This document shows positions 59,830 through 64,000 of a stretch of 64,000 bases of DNA, piece after piece; within the stretch, counting starts at the first letter, position 1, and the number at the start of each line of letters is the position of its first letter. Under the pieces are notes generated by a model. That model saw only the letters and a list, made by a program, of their open reading frames with translations. It was not told the origin of the DNA and did not search any database. Source of the stretch: Utricularia gibba (taxonomy: Eukaryota; Plantae; Magnoliophyta); the NCBI GenBank assembly GCA_002189035.1, contig NEEC01000019.1, positions 310,001-374,000 on the forward strand, written 5' to 3'. A program made the translations under genes and the position numbers.

Positions 59830-62800
59830 AAGAAAGAGAATATATTTTTATAACTTCTCATTCTAAAAAAAATGAAAATGAAAAATGAGAAGTTGATTAG
59901 AATCTCTTTCCATTTGGAAACATAATCCACGGCTACGAAGATGTTTTCATACTCATCATAGTTTGGAAAGGGGCCTATGAAATCTATGCCCCACATATCA
60001 AACACTTCTGGCTCAATATAGCTCCTACTACATAGTTGGAAGCATCAATCATCACATGGAATGGCTCATTCCAATTGGAAGCTTGAATGATAGAAGCTGA
60101 AGTGACAGTCCTTTTGAGAGTGTCAAAACCATGTTTACACTCATATGCGAAAACAAACTCAACATACTTTTGAAAGAGGTTAGTTAATGATCGAGCAATC
60201 TGACCAAAATCCTTTAATAAATCTCTTGTAAAATCCAGCATGGCCTAGAAACGCACAAACACCTTTCTCATCACGTGGATAAGGTAAGCCAGAAATAGCG
60301 CTTACGTTAGCAGGATTTACTGTAAGACCTGCTGCAGAAACAACATGCCCGAGTACAATTCCTTGGCATCCCATGAAATAGCACTTTTCCGATTTCAACA
60401 CTAAATCCTTTTCAAAACAATGTTTCACCGTTAAAGTTTCAAATGATTCAAAAAATTATCAAAACTAATTCTATGTACCGTATAGTCATCCATAAAAACT
60501 TCTATGAATATCTTTACTAAGCTTTACTAGGTCTTTATCTTCAACAAAACAGTCCAAAATTAAGTGTTCAACTTCCTCCTCATCGAGCTTAACTTCTTGT
60601 CTAAATATTTCAAGAATATCATGCCACTTTTCATCCGAAACTTCTTCCACCTGGTAATCATTGACATCAAATCCAATCACAGGTGTAAAATCATCTAAGA
60701 ATTTCTCACCTTCATTGATCTTAAAAAAAGAAATATTATCAGCATAATAAATTGTGATAAGGTCGTTCCTACAATCAATCTGAGCATTTGTAGTAGTTCG
60801 AAAAGGTCGTTCCAAAATTAAAGTATTGGCATTCACCCTAACTGATGGCATTTTGACAACAAAATCAAAAGAATAGCAAGTGTTAGAAACTCTAACAAGC
60901 ACATCTTCGGCAATACCCTCCGAAATGGGCACTGATCGGGTGGCAAACTACTATTTCAAGTTGTTCAGCCTAAGGGCTCCAAATCCAATGCTAGATAGAT
61001 TTTGTAAGGTATCATGTTCAATGAAGCACCTTGATCCACCATTGCCCCTGCTAATGAATTTAGTTACTACCTGAATCGGGAGAAAAAATATTCCAAGTTC
61101 TGAACATTTCTCTGGCAACAATTGGGTCAGGTAGGCAAAGACGTGAGCATTGAGTTTTATGACCTCTGATGGTGATTTTGCAAGTGCACATAAACCGTCG
61201 AAGTAATAAAATTAGATCGTATCCACAAGGAATTGTTATTGGAATTTTCTTTTCAAACAAAGACTCAAAAAGACTGAAAACAAAAGAAAGATTTGGGTTT
61301 AAAAACAATAAGAAAAGTGGCATTGGATCTAAGATCCACCTTGCTTAAAACTCGTTCTTGCGTGTGTGCAAACCTTGAAGACTGACCTACTTGCGGAAGC
61401 TCTGGGGGTGTTATTCTAAAGTAATGTTACTCGGTGACTGTTATAGCACCATCCCTTGTTTTGTGAGATTATGGAATCAACCATGCCACCAGAGGCATTT
61501 CAATTCTTATGATAACCCATGTTTTCCCCACATCCAAATCTAACCCCTACACCTTACACCTCGCAAACAGATTAGACATAATGTATCTTGCTAATGATGC
61601 CCGATTGAGCCCTTCTCCTTAGGTGCTTGAGGCCAACCTTTAATTCTCTCATACTTCCTTCGGGTTATGTGATACTAAAGAGCACGTTGGTAAAGAAAAC
61701 GTTACGAAAAACAGAATCAAACCTCAATTTAAATGTCGAAAAACATAGTAAGACAATCACATGCGCAGGACTTGCGCAAGCAAAGCTTCACCGCAGATCC
61801 TCAACCGTAAGCGCCTATACGCGCAGACTTGACTCTAACATGAAACTAGACACGAAAATAGGAAAGATACAAAGGAAAAGTACTCAAATACGTTTTTAAT
61901 GGTTGAGAGGATGGGGTATTTATAGGAAAGTAGATCCAAGTTTTGAATTGAACTTATTCGATGGGCTTGAATAAGATCTTTTATCCAAATCTTCGAAGAT
62001 CTTCTTCATATCTTTATCTTATCCATGAATCTTGCAACAAATCTTCATCGTTTGACCAAGTTTTGGGTTGAGATTCGTGGCCCATCAAGTCCATAATTTG
62101 GTGAGTTTTGATTTCTCCTCAAATTGATCCAAAAGTACCCTAAAAAACCACAAAATACATTTTCTCTCCAAAAAGATCAAAGTAGTGTAAAAGATACAAA
62201 ATCAATTGAAAATAATGAGAAAGTAAAATCTAAGGTAAGTAAAAACAATACTCAAGAATAATGGAAGAACATGTTTTGGAACGACACAAAATCACTTATC
62301 AACCTCTTCATCCTTATTTTTCCTCTTCGAACTATACAAATCCTTCAACACTTTCATTCCTTTTGGCACTTATTCCAAATAGTCCACAGCCTTCATGATT
62401 ATCATAGCAGAATCCAAGGATGAAATTATAGAATAGCCTGTAACCTTCAAGGAAAAGGGGCCATTTTCTTTATCTGAATAGCAGCATGCTACTTTTCCTG
62501 GCTGCATCTTGTCCTCAAAATTAATTTTAGCACTTTCTGCAACTTTGCTCTAACTAGCAAGGGTTTTTCGGTTAGGCAATTGCTTCCCACCGAAATTGGT
62601 TAGTTCTGAGCTAACATTCTATCCTTGCTAAAACGAAATTGGTTGTGCTGCTTGCTAATGTGGTTGACCAAATCCTAGGTGTTGGGATTTTCAATGCTAG
62701 TGCTTTTCCAACTGAAATTGTGATGACTCATAAAAACGTTAATCATTTTTTAGCCTGAAATAATCAGTTTTGTTGTTCATTTACCCCATGGAATTTTCAC

Positions 62801-63200
62801 AGGTCACTGATTTGGAATGAACAAGAAATAAGCCTTTCACCATGTCTTTGAATTCAACAATATCTTTATCATTTCGTGCTGCTTCATCCTCCTTTAGTAC
62901 TCCCATTTAATTCACTCGTTGCTGGGCTCAAGATCTAAACTGAGAATGTCTGGATTGTCCAACCATTTCCTTGATTTTCTCCCAACCTTCAGATGGAGTG
63001 AGAGTCGTCATATTGTCATGTGCAGCAAAATCTAACATATCTCATTGGGCAGCAGTCAAGCTCTTCAAAAAACATTTCACCTGCTTCAATTTATCAAATC
63101 TATGGTGTGGGCAGCTTAGAAGAAGAGTAGTAAATTTGCCCCAATACTCATGTAAAGACTCATCATAGTGTTGAAAAATATTCTTTATCTTCAAATTTCC
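59830..63200 (-). mobile_element. Heavily decayed Ty3/gypsy (Athila-like) gag-pol remnant, interrupted by a solo LTR
   Basis: Fragments: gag near 63.2-62.9 kb; VPKGMKVLKDLYSSKRK|EVIKLNAHV joined across the solo LTR; PISEGIAEDVLVRV; LILERPF; LVLKSEKCYFM..QGIVLGHVVS; FLGHAGFYKRFI; [13 protein letters not shown]; [10 protein letters not shown]. Confidence 0.85.
61167..62301 (-). mobile_element. Solo LTR (Ty3/gypsy), 1135 bp, perfect TSD
   Basis: TG...CA termini (minus strand TGATAAGTG...CACCATCA), TSD ACCTC at 61162-61166 and 62302-62306, TATA-like CTATAAATACCCC on the minus strand near 61915-61927. Confidence 0.92.
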
Positions 63201-63299
63201 TCACCTCTAGAGGCAGGGAAAAACTAATTTAAAAATGTTTTTTTCATTTCCATCCAACTCCTTATACTTCCAGGTTCAAGTGTGTTGAATCAAGTCTTG

Positions 63300-64000
63300 T
63301 GCTAAACGTCATTTTCTCATTAATTTTTAGATCATTTTTATGTCTAAATGTGATTTAAGTTTTTTAGTTAGGAGTTTATAATATAAGATTTAGGTTTTTA
63401 TCTAGATTAAAGTAAGTATCACAAATCTTGTATTAGTAAGTCAATCTTCATGTCTTCTTTGAATCTAATCGGGTTCCGTATATCTTCGCACAACTATATT
63501 ACAGTTTTTCTGAAACATTCCCCTCATTCAAGATTCATTGTGTCATTGGCAACATCTGCGAGTTTTGTAGAGGAGCAAGGTGGAAAGCACCAGCTCATGC
63601 CCTTTTGGCAGGAGGGAGACAACGTATTTTCTGTAGACGAACCTCGAGATTAATCGACAGATAGTGACCTAGTATCCAGACTCATTGAGTCATTGGCAAC
63701 ATCGGGCCAAGCATGCAATTTAACTATGAGGATACATTGGTAGGACCTCTTATCTTCACGTTCATCCAAAGAGTAGCAACATCGGGCCAAGCATGCAATT
63801 CAACTGTGAGGATACGTTGGTAGGACCTTTTATCTTCACCTTCATCCAAAGAGTAGCAACATCGGGCTATTCTTATGCTTTCTTGCAAGAGAGTGTAAGG
63901 TAGGGTAGGCAATTCGTTACTCCTATAACCGAGCACTTGAGAAGATCAGAGAATAGTGAAGATGTGACAAACATAGCTAGGCAGGATTCCAATCCCCGAT
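63300..64000 (+). mobile_element. Diverged LTR of the same Athila family, running off the window, with an internal deletion and an 80-bp tandem duplication (63697-63856)
   Basis: Aligns with 47689 onward (GTCATTTT; GAGGAGCAAGGTGGAAAGCACCA; CAAGAGAGTGTAAGG; CAGGATTCCAA). Confidence 0.85.

Noticed and set aside
61100-61120. Degenerate tRNA-Asp PBS (TCTCTGGCAAC)
   Set aside because: It lies in the pol frame (LLPEKC) 50 bp from the LTR, which has its own perfect TSD; the resemblance is chance.

Overview
Nuclear DNA of a eudicot plant. Host genes: an alpha/beta-hydrolase gene of the At2g03140/CAAX-protease-fusion type (minus strand, runs off the left edge), a SAUR76-78-type gene, a 7-exon mitochondrial substrate carrier, a 4-exon BEL1-like homeodomain gene (BLH9/RPL/PNY type) and tRNA-Asp(GUC). 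Most of the rest is transposon DNA. (i) A 21-kb nest at 11837-32945: an old Copia carrying a MULE-like element, which holds a TRIM, an Angela-type LTR and a second Copia (itself holding an Athila-type LTR fragment); the old Copia also carries a deleted Athila. (ii) A PIF/Harbinger at about 42.8-45.5 kb plus two related fragments. (iii) A young full-length Athila-type element at 47689-59212 with an env-like ORF and an unedited mitochondrial atp6 fragment in its RNase H. (iv) Decayed Ty3 remnants and a solo LTR with a perfect TSD. The most unusual observation is an Athila-like 3' end (46908-46924) whose polypurine-tract position is occupied by a 16/17 copy of nucleotides 1-17 of tRNA-Asp(GUC), the tRNA whose 3' end matches the PBS of the neighbouring Athila. 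Several frameshifts are single-base losses in homopolymers and are probably assembly errors. All coordinates and identities were read by eye; no searches were run.
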